Positions 23,802 through 35,062 are shown, counted from the whole stretch's first letter. The stretch: 63,731 nt of DNA, filler included, from Malassezia furfur (GCA_052055015.1; 4 parts of 4 records of this genome joined end to end with filler, not necessarily neighbours in it); one strand, 5' to 3'. Program-made: numbers and translations. Notes: a model not told the origin generated them from the letters alone.

Positions 23802-24357
23802 GAGCACACTCATAGCGACCTTTGTTCTTGTGGATACGATACGATACCTGATTTTTGAGATTACGTTTCCTACGTGGTGTGAGCATTTCGGTCTAAGTAA
23901 GGGCTCATCCGGACGAGCACCGCCAGAACGACCGTCTCGCATTCATGTTTTGGTGATACCAGCACCAGAAGGCTTCTTCCCAAGGGTTCATGACGGATCA
24001 ATTTCTCGGAAGATTGATCCAAGGCACCTCATTCGTGCAATCCCAAAGCCCGCTCACCGCGCTCCACTTACGCACTGCGCTAACCCCGCGCTTCCCCGCG
24101 TTTCCGTTATGTAATTTGCCTTCTATTTTAGCTCAACGGACGCATGAGGCGTGGATCTCACACTACTTTGCGAGGAAATACCTCAATGAACCGAAAGACA
24201 TGCGGCTTTGGACGGATTACGAGCGCAGTCAGACAAGCGAACCAAAGGGCGACTTGAGACACGAGCCCAAAATTTTTCCGTATCGTTTATAAAAGCTGGC
24301 CTTGATGCCAATGTCCGCGCCCCCCCTTCCTACTTCAACCTCCTCTACTTTGGGGTC

Positions 24358-25992
24358 ATGTCGACTGAAGTAAGGGAGAACACCGCTCCCCAGCCCGCCT
24401 AGGAGCACCACCATGGGATTCCATTTATGCATCACTCCAATGGGCAACCCCATGGGTACACTCATGAGCCCCACCATTTCCATATTGATCAAGAGCACAT
24501 ATTCCCTGAGCACGTCGGTCGTGAGGAGGTTGTAGATCAAGATCTTGAGGAGCCTAAAACCCTGGACAAAGAGGAAGAACATGACCCCTTCCTTGTGACC
24601 TTCACGGAAAACGACCCCGAAAACCCGCAGAATTTCTCGAAGGGAAAAAAATGGTTCATCACCTTCTTCACCGCCATTCTGTGTTTCTCCGTCGCTGTGG
24701 GATCCTCGATGCCTACAGGAGACCTCTTGGGAGCGGCGGAGTACCTGAATGTTGGAGAAGAGGCAATTAACATCAGTATCACTCTGTTTGTGGCAGGGTT
24801 TGGTTTCGGGCCCATGTTCTTGGCCCCTCTCAGTGAAATCTATGGACGCTGGCCCATCTATACGATTTCGGGATTCTTCTACTTTATTTTCACGCTTCCG
24901 TGCGCGCTTGCGAAGAACTTGGCAACGTTGCTGGCCGCAAGGATGATTGCTGGGCTTGCTGCCAGTGTGCCTATGACCAACGTCGGTGGAACCATCAGTG
25001 ACATTTGGGCTCCTGCCGAAAAAGGTATTCCCATGGCCATCTTTTCGTTGGTGCTGTTCATCGGACCTTCGATGGGCCCGTTGTTCGGTGGCGCAATTGC
25101 TTCCGGTACCAACGCTTACCACAGATGGAAATATATCTACTGGACGCTGTTTGCATTCACGGGAATTGTCTTTGCGGTCACCCTGTTTACGTCGGAGACC
25201 CTTGCTTCGGCGATCCTTCACAAGCGCGCCAAGAAGCTGCGCAAGGAAACCGGAAACAACGCATATCAAACGCATCACGAGCGCAATGCCAAGGATCTGA
25301 AGACGGTGCTTGTCGTCTCCTTGGTGCGGCCGTTCGAAATGCTTATTCGTGAGCCAGTCCTCATTGCCTTCTCCCTGTATCTCTGCCTTGTCTATGCGCT
25401 GCTCTATCTCATGTTCTTTGCCTACCCCATTGTCTTTGTTGAGGGTCATGGGTTCAACGCTCTCCAGACAGGCTTGTGCTTTATCTCAGTTGTCATTGGC
25501 ATGGTTATGGCCATGGCCTTCATTCTCTTTGTGAATGAACCCATGACGCAGCGCCGCATCAAGGCACGCGGGTACACGGTTCCGGAAGACCGTCTCCCGC
25601 TTATGTTCTACGGCTCTGTGATTTTGCCGATCGCGCTGTTCATTCTTGCATGGACGTCCATGCCGAGTGTGCACTGGTCGGGTCCTCTGGTTGCTGGTAT
25701 TCCCACGGGTGCCAGCTTTGTGATGATCTATATCTCGGCCAACTCCTACCTGGTCGACTGTTATCCGAAGGTGGCGGCGTCGGCGTTGGTGGCCAAGACT
25801 TTGCTTCGGTCCCTTTGTGGTGCGGCCGTGCCCCTCTTCGTGAACCAAATGTTCCACAAGATGCACAATCAGTGGGCATTTACCTTGATTGCCTTTGTTG
25901 CGGTGGGCATGGGGCCCATCCCCTTCTTCTATAAATTTGGTCCGAAGATGAGGGCGCAGTCGAAGTTCGCCACTGGCGACAACGAAGATTAG
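24358..25992 (+). CDS. MFS drug:H+ antiporter (DHA1 family) with His-rich N-terminus (intron 24370-24402)
   Basis: DPENPQNFS..KKW, GFGFGPMFLAPLSEIYGR, GGTISDIW, PEDRL, YLVDCY; MSTE/EHHHGIPFMHH joins in frame. Confidence 0.88.
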
Positions 25993-26349
25993 TTATATAA
26001 ATACTTGCTATCATCCTATCGAAGTTGAGACACTTAATCCACCTGGTTCTTTGACACCTGCTTCGGCTACATCGAGGCCCGCTGCCCTGGCTTGCTGGTT
26101 CCTCGCTTGGTCAGATCTGGGCGTGCATGACCCGATCATGTGCCCCGAGATGATTGGATCTGGGTTCGTTTGCAACAGCCCGGCTTATCCAGCAGAGCCA
26201 ATGGGGCCCAGGACGCAGAGTGGTCAATGCCCCAGGACACAATCATTTCCCGCAGCTTCATTTTGCTCAGGCCCGCTCGCCGCCGACATACGGGACCTGG
26301 CCCAGCTTTCGTCGTCTGACTGAATCCTGCTTACCCTCTGGCCTTCATC

Positions 26350-28062
26350 ATGTATCTCGGCAACTATCTCTTGCAGCGCCTTAAAGAGCTGGGCGTCGAC
26401 ACCATGTTTGGGTGCCCGGGCGACTTCAACTTTGGCCTGTGCGACCTGACGGACGATATGCCCGACATGGCCTGGGCAGGGAACACGAACGAGCTCAACG
26501 CCGCGTACGCCGCGGACGCCTACTCGCGTGTCCGCGGCTTCGGTGCTGTGCTCACCACCTATGGTGTCGGCGAGCTCTCCGCCATCAACGGTATCGCGGG
26601 AGCGTACGCCGAGCGCGTCCCTCTGCTCCATATTGCCGGTTTCCCGCCCCAGTGGGAGTTCGAGAAGCGCCTCCCTGTCCACCACTCGCTCGCCAACGGG
26701 AACTACATGGTCTACCGGGACGCGGCACGCAACTTTGCGTGCGTCGCCGAGTTCCTGGACGGCACGCCGGCGGACGCCGAGCGCATTGACCATGTCCTGC
26801 GCATGTCCGTTGCGACGCGCCTGCCGGGCTACCTCGCGATCCCTACGGACGTCACGTTCACCGAAATCCCCGAGGAACGTCTCAAGACGCCCCTGATCAC
26901 CCCGCCGGCGTACAGCGATGACCAGCGCCGCGCCGACGAAGCGCTGGCACAGCGCATCGTCGATGCGCTCAAGAAGGCCAAGTCGCCCGTGCTCGTGGTG
27001 GACGCTGGGATCCTTCAGCACCGCCACGTCGACGCCATGCGCAAGGTCCTTGACCAGTTCCGTATGAGGACCTTTACGACGCCGCTGGGCAAGGGCATCG
27101 TGAACGAATCCGAGCCGTACTTTGCCGGGACGTACATTGGCGGCCAGTCGGACGAGGCAGTCGCCCAGTGTGTGGACGGCGCAGACATCGTCCTCCGCGT
27201 CGGCTACTTCCCGACCGACAACAACACGGGTGCCTACTCGGCCAACTTCCCGGCGGACCGCCTGATTGAGCTCAACATCTACCAGGCGACGGTGCTCACC
27301 AACGCACCCGCGCCGGTGCACCGCATCGCCCACGTCCTCGAGGCGCTCGCGGCGTCCGACCTGCCGCCCCAAAACGCGCAGGTCAACCACCCGCCGTCCG
27401 CTCCGATGCCCACCGACGCCATTGCGCGGCAAACGTACCTCTGGGCGCGCTTCAGTGCGTTCCTCCAGCCGGGAGACGTCGTGCTCGCCGAGACGGGCAC
27501 GTCGGTGTACGCGCTGCCAAACCTGCACCTCCGCAAGGACTGCCAGGTGCTCGCGCAGCAGCTGTACGAGTCGATTGGCTGGTCGGTCGGCGCGACGGTC
27601 GGTGCGGCGCATTCGGTGCGCGATGCGTCGAACCGCCCGAGCGATAAGTCGGGCCGCGTCATCCTGTTTGTCGGCGACGGCTCGCTGCAGATGACCGTAC
27701 AGGACCTCTCGGCGCTGGTCCGCATGAAGGCGCGCAACGTCATCGTCTGTGTGCTCGACAACGACGGCTACGAAATCGAGCGCGTCCTCCACGGGCGCGA
27801 CCGCGACTACAACCACGTCGTGCACTGGGACTATGCACGGCTGATGGATGCCTTCGACCCCAAGGGCGAGCACAGCAAGTCGCTCAAGATCAACACCGAG
27901 AAGGAGCTCGACGCGGTGCTGAACGAGCTCAAGGACGACTTCCCTCTGCACGTTCTCAGCGTCTGCGTGGAAAAGTACGGCGTGCCGGAAATGCTCAAGG
28001 TGTCGGCCAAGGCGCTGCACGACCACAACGCCTATGGCTACGCGCCCGAGTACCGGGACTAG
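26350..28062 (+). CDS. ThDP-dependent 2-oxo-acid decarboxylase (pyruvate/indolepyruvate/phenylpyruvate decarboxylase family)
   Basis: FGCPGDFN, NELNAAYAADAY, GVGELSAINGIAGAYAE, VHHSL, GDGSLQMTVQDL...DNDGYEIER. Confidence 0.9.
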   Translation: MYLGNYLLQRLKELGVDTMFGCPGDFNFGLCDLTDDMPDMAWAGNTNELNAAYAADAYSRVRGFGAVLTTYGVGELSAINGIAGAYAERVPLLHIAGFPPQWEFEKRLPVHHSLANGNYMVYRDAARNFACVAEFLDGTPADAERIDHVLRMSVATRLPGYLAIPTDVTFTEIPEERLKTPLITPPAYSDDQRRADEALAQRIVDALKKAKSPVLVVDAGILQHRHVDAMRKVLDQFRMRTFTTPLGKGIVNESEPYFAGTYIGGQSDEAVAQCVDGADIVLRVGYFPTDNNTGAYSANFPADRLIELNIYQATVLTNAPAPVHRIAHVLEALAASDLPPQNAQVNHPPSAPMPTDAIARQTYLWARFSAFLQPGDVVLAETGTSVYALPNLHLRKDCQVLAQQLYESIGWSVGATVGAAHSVRDASNRPSDKSGRVILFVGDGSLQMTVQDLSALVRMKARNVIVCVLDNDGYEIERVLHGRDRDYNHVVHWDYARLMDAFDPKGEHSKSLKINTEKELDAVLNELKDDFPLHVLSVCVEKYGVPEMLKVSAKALHDHNAYGYAPEYRD

Positions 28063-28204
28063 GTCCGTGCGCCGACGCGGCGCTCCATCGCAAAATCACA
28101 CGTGGGCGGTGGACGTTTTGAACACGATCGAATATACGGTCGCCCATAGGTCTGTGCTGCGCGGTGGGACGGCCGTGCAGCACATACAAGATTATCTACA
28201 CGTT

Positions 28205-29809
28205 CTATGCATTGTTGTCGCTCTTGAGCGGCGCTTCCGACTCGGGCTCCTCGGACCCAACCTCTTGCTTCTGCCCCGCACGCTTGGACATCGCGCGCAG
28301 CTTCGGGCCATAGATGTAAAAGACCACCGTGATGGGGATCAGCGCGGCCGCTAGACCGCCGAGCAGGCTGCACCCACCCTGTAGCGTGAGCGTGTTAAAC
28401 ATCTGCCGCGAAAACAGGGGGAAGGCACCGCCCACCAGCGCACGGAACAGACCATTACTCGCATACGCCGACGCCAGGTACCGAGGGTACATCTCGCCAA
28501 TGTACGACAAGAACCCAAGGAACAGCAGGAAAATACTCCCTGCGAAAAAGCCAAATGCAATCATCGGCACAATCCAGTGCACACCCGAGAACGACGTCCA
28601 GCCAAACCAGAACATGGCAACAGGGAACATCAACCCGCCAACCATCGCAGGCTCCATACGGAACTCGGGCCTCCAATTGCCTTGCCGGAAGCGAGGCGCA
28701 ACCACCTTGTTATTGTACCAGCAGTAGAGTATGACGGTAATCACACAACCAATGTAGCCCGTAATGTAGGTGATACCGGTCAAGCCCAGCGAGAACCCGT
28801 GCCGCTCCATGAAAGCCGTGGGGAACGCCTCGAAGAAGGCGTACACAATCCCGTACGTGTACGCAAGGTACAGGTTTGTGCAAAACAGCACCGGCTCGGT
28901 AAAGGTCAGCTGGATGGGACGATAGAGCGTCTCAACGACCAGCTTCTGGACCGAAACTTGACGGTCTTGCAGCTCACCAGGCGAGCGGTATTTTTGGTTC
29001 CCAGTCCGGTCACGCAGCAGCGATGCACGCCGCGTCAAAATTGCCGCGCTACTGGTCTCGGGCAGCGAAAAGAACAGCGTAAGCCACACAATGCCGTTGA
29101 GACACAGCAGCGGCCAGAGCGACCACCGCCAGCCTTTGAACTCCACGGCAAAGCTGGAAATGACTGGGCCCATCGTAGGGCCACCGCACGCGCCAATGCC
29201 CCAGAACCCCAGGCCATTCATAAATCCGCCATTAATACGCCAAATGTCGCCGATCGTTGCACCACCGGTCGCCAGCACAGGACTTCCGACAAACCCAGAG
29301 ATGAAACGGAGTACAAGGTAGCCAGCGTAATTGTTCACCAGCGCATTCGGGATCTGCATGATGGTAAACAGGAGCAGGCCAATGATATAGGGACCATTCC
29401 GGCCCACCCACGAGATTTCTGTGATGGGCGCAAGAAACATGGGTCCAAAGCCGTAGGCCCACACAAACAACGACATGGCAAGCATGCCGACCGTAAGGGA
29501 AACATGGAAAGTGGCTGCAAGATAGGGGATGCTCGGCGCAACAATACTGCTCCCCATGTACACGGACATGGTCATAACAAACAGCAGGAAGGTCACAAAC
29601 ACCTTGTAATAGAAGGGCCAGTTTTACGGGTTCTCAGGGTCATCGGGGCCATACCAGTCCACAATAATCTCACCGGTCTCTTTGTGGATGTGAAAGTACT
29701 TGTCACGGTCCGGGTCATTATGGGCCGGCGAGCTCGATCGCCCTACTTTTCCTCGTGTTGCATAATAAAGCATATCTCCAAACGCCGTATTTTCATAAAA
29801 CGATGGCAT
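28205..29809 (-). pseudogene. MFS DHA1 multidrug transporter (Flr1/Caf5-like) interrupted by an in-frame TAA at 29624-29626
   Basis: Single frame MPSFYENTAFGDML...IVDWYGPDDPENP*NWPFYYKVFVTF...; rest of ORF intact with GFGPMFLAP, SPVLATGGATIGD, PEFRM. Confidence 0.75.
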
Positions 29810-31269
29810 CGAGCCTTGAGCGCGTGGATGCGAACAGGACAACAGGAAGGAACACGGTCCACTTTATACAAATGCGGCTTGGGCACACGCCCTTGGGACG
29901 ACAAAGCCTAGCCGATCCTTTCCGCGGAGTTACAGTTCCCTTCCTCGCGGTCCGCGCTCTATTTACAATAGGCTACGGCAAAACCTGGCCGTCAAATAAA
30001 TATGCCGCTTGCGAACGATGCAATACAGCTCAACGAGGTTTCTGAGTGGTCTGATATCTCTCTCACTTTCCATAATAGTTCGTCGTACGATTTTGACTTT
30101 AGGCATCGCGGCTATAGGCTCTATACCCTAAACTGGACGCTTACGAAATCCATCGATCTAAAAATAGAATCGTAGTCCAATCATGATTTGGGTAGGCCCG
30201 TCAAACCAAGGCACGAGTGATTTGACCCCGGGTTTGGCTCCGTTACCCTGCGCCTCAGTGCCTGCTCCTCGAAGAAGCCTACCTGCGTGGTTAGTCATCT
30301 AACAAAGGTATTTGTTTGTCCTGCCCAAATGTTGTGGTCTTGACTAGTTCCGTGAAGCTCCGCCGTGTCTCTTCTGAGACGAGCGACTGACTGCCTTCGG
30401 CACATGCTTATGCTAGAAGGTCACGCACGAGGAAGAATGTGAACATGATTGAGGGAGTTGCAGCTGAGCAAGAAAAATACGTTGAGTATACCTGACGACA
30501 ACAGATCTGGTTTGTAAGTCTAGCTAGTACCAACAACTATGTGTATTGTTTATTTCCCATGGTGCCATATTCCGTAAGAAAGATCAGCCTTGCATGCGGT
30601 TGCTCAGCCATATCGAGCAAAAAGCCGATGCCTAGCAGAGATGCTTGATTCGGCCGAGCCGGACTAGATGGTCAGTGCGCAGTACTCAAAATGGCTCCGA
30701 TAATGCGAAGTTTCGGAGAGGAACATGATTGCTCAGAGGAACAATCGTGATCGAAGGCTACACGGTAAAATCGAAAGACCTTCATTCAAATCGAATTGCT
30801 GCAGTCACATTGTTCAGTCGGCCTCTCACTGGGCAGGTATGGAAAGATATCGAAATCCATGCGCGTAGGAATAAGAGGAGATGCGGGCAACACTGGGTAC
30901 GTATGCCGTCTTCATATGAACATAGATAGTACACTGTGCACAAATCGTATCGATCATGCGCTTCATTGCTACTTCAATAACTGTCGTCTCAGCAAGTGTG
31001 TAAGATTTTGGAGGATTCTCCACATATGTGGATACCTTTAATTCTGCCCTTTTTCGACATATATGAAAGTGGAGGCTTCCTTGTACACCGGGCGATCTGG
31101 CTCGGTGCGCGAATTTCGCAGCTTGGCTTGCCCCTTGAATTTGGGACGAAATGCACTATTGGTTGTGGCGCGCGGTGGACCATCCACACAGACTTGTACA
31201 TAAGACGTGACGTTATTATCTAGTTTTCTATTCGTCGCCTGTGTTGCGAACCTGGCTGCGGACCACTCG

Positions 31270-31715
31270 GGCGGATTTGCGCTTGTACGGCTCATTAAGG
31301 TACTCAATTTTCTCCTCGAACAGCTTTACTTTGGTTGCCACGATGGCCCCGTCGATCCGCTCCGGGTTGCTCAGTCCGCGAATCAGTGGGACGCCTTTTT
31401 GACTCAGCTACCAAAGGATGGCAATCTGTGCTGTCGCCACCATCTTCTTCTTGGCCAGATTTTTGGCGCGAAGAACCATCTCGTGATCTGAATACGAAGA
31501 GTCGTCGTGCATAACCTCCATACTGTTGCCAATCTGAGTACGGTTTGAAGATTCATCGTTCCACATGTGCTGGCAGCCTCCTATGCATGCTCAAAGAGCG
31601 ACAGTGATTCTTCCACATTCATGAACCAAGACAGCCGCTAGTCTATGTCAAAGGCCATGGAGCCTATGGTGACTTTGGAGACCTTCTATCCCGGGCACAA
31701 TTTCATGTTTTATAG
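31270..31715 (-). pseudogene. Degraded third aldo-keto reductase copy with large internal deletion
   Basis: Minus strand reads G*KVSKVTIGSMAFD...SWFMNVEESLSLFEHA*EA (AKR N-terminus), then in another frame WNDESSNR...LAKKKMVATAQIAILW*LSQKGV.LIRGLSNPERIDGAI...EYLNEPYK (AKR C-terminus). Confidence 0.8.
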
Positions 31716-31827
31716 CTCCAGCTCAAGCAGTTGCTGCTGTGAGAAGTTGTGCGTTACCGATAATATGCATTGACTTTTGAGAGAATTATGATTCCGTTTT
31801 GAACCGCCACAAAATTGACCGAACCAC

Positions 31828-31882
31828 TTAGGATTAGGATTAGGATTAGGATTAGGATTAGGATTAGGATTAGGATTAGGAT
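31828..31882 (+). repeat. Telomeric repeat (TTAGGA)9 at contig end
   Basis: Perfect hexamer tandem, G-rich strand pointing to contig end, after an AT-richer gene-poor region. Confidence 0.92.
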
Positions 31883-31982
31883 NNNNNNNNNNNNNNNNNN
31901 NNNNNNNNNNNNNNNNNNNNNNNNNNTTAATTAATTAANNNNNNNNNNNNNNNNNNNNNNNNNNNNNNNNNNNNNNNNNNNN
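31883..31982. other. Artificial contig linker
   Basis: N-run-TTAATTAATTAA-N-run. Confidence 0.97.
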
Positions 31983-32495
31983 GGGGTTGCTAATGTTGCT
32001 TTCCCGCATTTTTTTCGCGTTTTCACACATACGTCCCGCGCAACGTAGCGTCCCACCCTACAAGTCGGGGCAAGGTGGGCTCCCTTGTGGTGTCCCAGTC
32101 ACGAAATACGGGCAGACGAACGCCTTGCACTCGCTGTTCCCGGATCCGAAGGGTAGCAGTGCCTTGGAACCACACGGGCACGGACAAAGGTGGCGAGAGA
32201 CAAACGCGGCCGGCCGCGTCCCCCCTGACAGGAGTTGTTGGGAAAAATGCAAATTATTTCGCGAATCGCTCACAGCCGCTTCTGGCAGGCTAGGGCCGCG
32301 CGCACGCACCACGCGCCATGGGTGCACCACATGCCCGCAGTACACATCGTACTCCTGCGCCAGCGCTACAGGAACCAGACCATTTAACGTCGAGTGCTAT
32401 GCCTGGTGCACGCGCGCCCGCACGCTGCTCTCCGCGGACAAAGAGCAGCGCGTTGTGGGTACGCCGTGTGGAGGCCTGGCCGTTGCTTGGCAACG

Positions 32496-32973
32496 ATGGC
32501 CGAGCCCCACCGCCACGTCGCTGCCGAGACGGACGCACATGCGGGGAACACGGCTCACCTGGACGCGCTCGAGGAATCTGTCAACAAGCGTATCGATGCT
32601 GATGTCAATGTCCTGATGGAAAACATGAAGGAAATCCTCAACCTCAGCCGCGTACGTCTCTCACACCCGGCCACTAACGCAGATTGGCGGGAAAGACCAC
32701 TACGACGTCAGCCGCGAAGCATTCCAGCTCGAAACGCGCGCAGACAGTATGATACGTGCGATCCAGTCGCTCTATCTGCTGTCCAACTCTCTCAAACTCT
32801 CGCTCCTCTTGTCCCAGTCGCAAATGTCCGACGCCCACAACAGTGAGGCGGAGCAGCTGATCCAGGAGGCCGAGGCGCACCAGCGCGAGTGTAGCCAGTT
32901 GCTTGCCGAGAACTGGCTTCCCGGCTCCTCGCTGCGCGAGAGTGCGCCCGGCCTCGGCCACGATACCCGCTAG
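32496..32973 (+). CDS. MED22: Mediator subunit Med22/Srb6 (intron 32652-32682)
   Basis: KRIDADVNVLMENMKEILNLSR/IGGKD...EAFQLETRADSMIRAIQSLYLLSNSLKLSLLLS matches the Med22 pattern. Confidence 0.7.
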
Positions 32974-33189
32974 CTCGCTCCGGACCGCTTGAGCCCATGG
33001 CTGCCCCCACGTAGTTCTGCTTGCTAGGTCGGCTAGGAACCATCACTGCGCGACAACTTGATGCCAATTGGTGAAAGCAAAAGAGAAACTTGTTTCTAAT
33101 ACAATGATAGAAAGATGCTATCTCATTATACAAAACATTGACGTGCTCCTTGGGTACGGAGCCACGTAGGGTATCGTAATATTGGAGAA

Positions 33190-34626
33190 TCAATTCTCGC
33201 GGAGGTGCCAGCCACTCATGTCGCCCGCACTCACGCGCCGGCGCTGCGCATTGGCCAGGCGCGCCTTGTTGCTGCGACCACCGCCTGGTGTACGCGAGGA
33301 GGGTGAACGCACAATTCCTTCGGTCGGCGTCTCCTCCGAGCCGTAGTCGTACGCGTCATCGAACCCATCTTCGCTCGCGCTGTACGCTGGGCCACGGCGT
33401 CCTCGCGATCCAAGCGACGCAGGGGTCGAAACACGACGAGCCTGCGACGCCATGGTCCCCCGCGGCAGGGGCGCCACCTCGGATTCGTTCAATGTGGAAC
33501 CGTCCGAGGTAATACTAGGCGGGGCCCATGACGGGGCACGTAGCATACCCGTACCACCCGCGCCCGCGGGAACAGGCGCCTCTGCGAGGCCAGCGCGGCG
33601 GCTGTTGACGCTGTGGCGCGAGTATGCACCACCATGGTAGTTTGAGTGGCTCGCAAACGTGTTCGAGTCCGACACAGAGGCAGTCGAGGACGGGTCGCTG
33701 TATTCGGGACCACGGCGACTGTGTGAGCCGGACGACGACCCATAGCGCGACGAATACTCCGAGTAGTCGTCGCGCTCAGAGCTGTTGAGCGAGCCGTTGA
33801 CAACCATACCGGGCTTAATGCCGGTACGTCCCGCGTCCTCGTCGTAATAGCGCTTCTCGTTGTAGTCCTCGTACATGTCGTCGTGGTTGTTGCCGAACAT
33901 GCGTACGCCGCCGACCTTTCCGCCACCCTTGGCACGGTACTTCATCGGGTCGTTGAATGACGAGAGCGCCGACGGTGTCTGATGCTGGTAGTTGTACGCA
34001 CGCTGGCCCCACTCCCAGAACACCTCATTAAGCGAGTCCTGGTCAATAAAGAGGAAGAGGTAGGTGGCAAAGAAGAGCTCAATTGCCATGAATCCAGCCT
34101 GGATACCAAACGTGGCATACGCCAGGGGCACCACCCAATTGATCAGGTCACACGCGTGTCCCCAGTCCGCGGGCTTCGGATAATGGTAGTAGCCATCAAA
34201 CAAGCAGTTTTCGCGACCGCGGAAGTCGGCTGCATACGCAAGTGCACCACTGATCCAGATGGAGCACATGGAAAACTGGAAGAGCAGCTCAGACTTCACG
34301 AAAAAGATCATGCCCAAGAACGAGCCACGGCGCACCATGTTGGTGGTCGGCAGGAAGATGTAATAGCCAAAGTAGATGATGCAGGTAAGGAATCCCATGA
34401 CAACCAAGAAAATCAAACTGCTCCAAGAGGGGAAGATAATTGGCTTGTGCGTCCGGAAGTAGTTCACCGCGAGAATGGCCATGATGGAAGTCGCCAATGC
34501 CATGAGGCAGACTAGCACTGTGAAGATGAAACGAATGGCCTGCAGCATCTTGGGGTTCGGTGCAGGCATACCCGAGTGCGGGTCTTGCGCTGGTGTCTCT
34601 AGCGCGTAGCGTTGAGGGAGCACCAT
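33190..34626 (-). CDS. Four-TM (MARVEL-like) membrane protein with long Ser/Gly/Arg-rich cytoplasmic tail
   Basis: Four hydrophobic helices in the first ~200 aa with a Cys-x-Cys loop before TM4; low-complexity C-terminus. Confidence 0.6.
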   Translation of the reverse strand: MVLPQRYALETPAQDPHSGMPAPNPKMLQAIRFIFTVLVCLMALATSIMAILAVNYFRTHKPIIFPSWSSLIFLVVMGFLTCIIYFGYYIFLPTTNMVRRGSFLGMIFFVKSELLFQFSMCSIWISGALAYAADFRGRENCLFDGYYHYPKPADWGHACDLINWVVPLAYATFGIQAGFMAIELFFATYLFLFIDQDSLNEVFWEWGQRAYNYQHQTPSALSSFNDPMKYRAKGGGKVGGVRMFGNNHDDMYEDYNEKRYYDEDAGRTGIKPGMVVNGSLNSSERDDYSEYSSRYGSSSGSHSRRGPEYSDPSSTASVSDSNTFASHSNYHGGAYSRHSVNSRRAGLAEAPVPAGAGGTGMLRAPSWAPPSITSDGSTLNESEVAPLPRGTMASQARRVSTPASLGSRGRRGPAYSASEDGFDDAYDYGSEETPTEGIVRSPSSRTPGGGRSNKARLANAQRRRVSAGDMSGWHLREN

Positions 34627-35062
34627 GTTGAAACGTATACGGTCGCAAGTTTTTGGATACGAAGAAGAAACGACGAAGTAGGATGAAGCGCGAGTGCACG
34701 CAGCCCGTTCCGCCACAAGGTGTGTGTCGCGACGATGCCACACGCCTTCTCAGAACCGTGAGGGGGTTAAAGACGTTCGTGAACCCGCGTCTCGGTCGCC
34801 TCGAAGCTAAGAAGTGCGTGGTACGCGTTGCAATTACCCCACGCACTTACGCCTGCGGTTTGCCAACAATTCGGTGGCCATTGTTTTTGTAGCGCCTCCA
34901 GTGCCCAATCAATTTCGCAGGCGCCAAGCAGCGCATTGCCTAGTCCGGTCATGTGCCCTGCCTGACAAAGCTGACCGAATTACCAGTCATCTGCAACGAA
35001 ATGTTGGGGTGTATCACGTGTATCGTCGCTAAGGAACGCCGTGTGGGGAATGTCTATGTGTA

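Noticed and set aside
29603..29627. Possible 25-nt intron removing the MFS stop codon
   Set aside because: Donor GTAAAA and branch site do not fit the local consensus; removal shifts the frame into a stop and deletes the conserved NW
30000..31250. Short ORFs in the AT-richer subtelomeric region
   Set aside because: No recognisable domains, transposase/RT motifs or terminal repeats; likely decayed or non-coding sequence
31828..31882. Possible CRISPR or microsatellite
   Set aside because: No spacers, eukaryotic context and terminal position indicate a telomere
32135..32165. CCGGATCCGAAGGGTAGCAG resembling SRP RNA helix 8
   Set aside because: Loop is not a clean GNRA tetraloop and I could not identify the other SRP helices or Alu domain; needs an Infernal search
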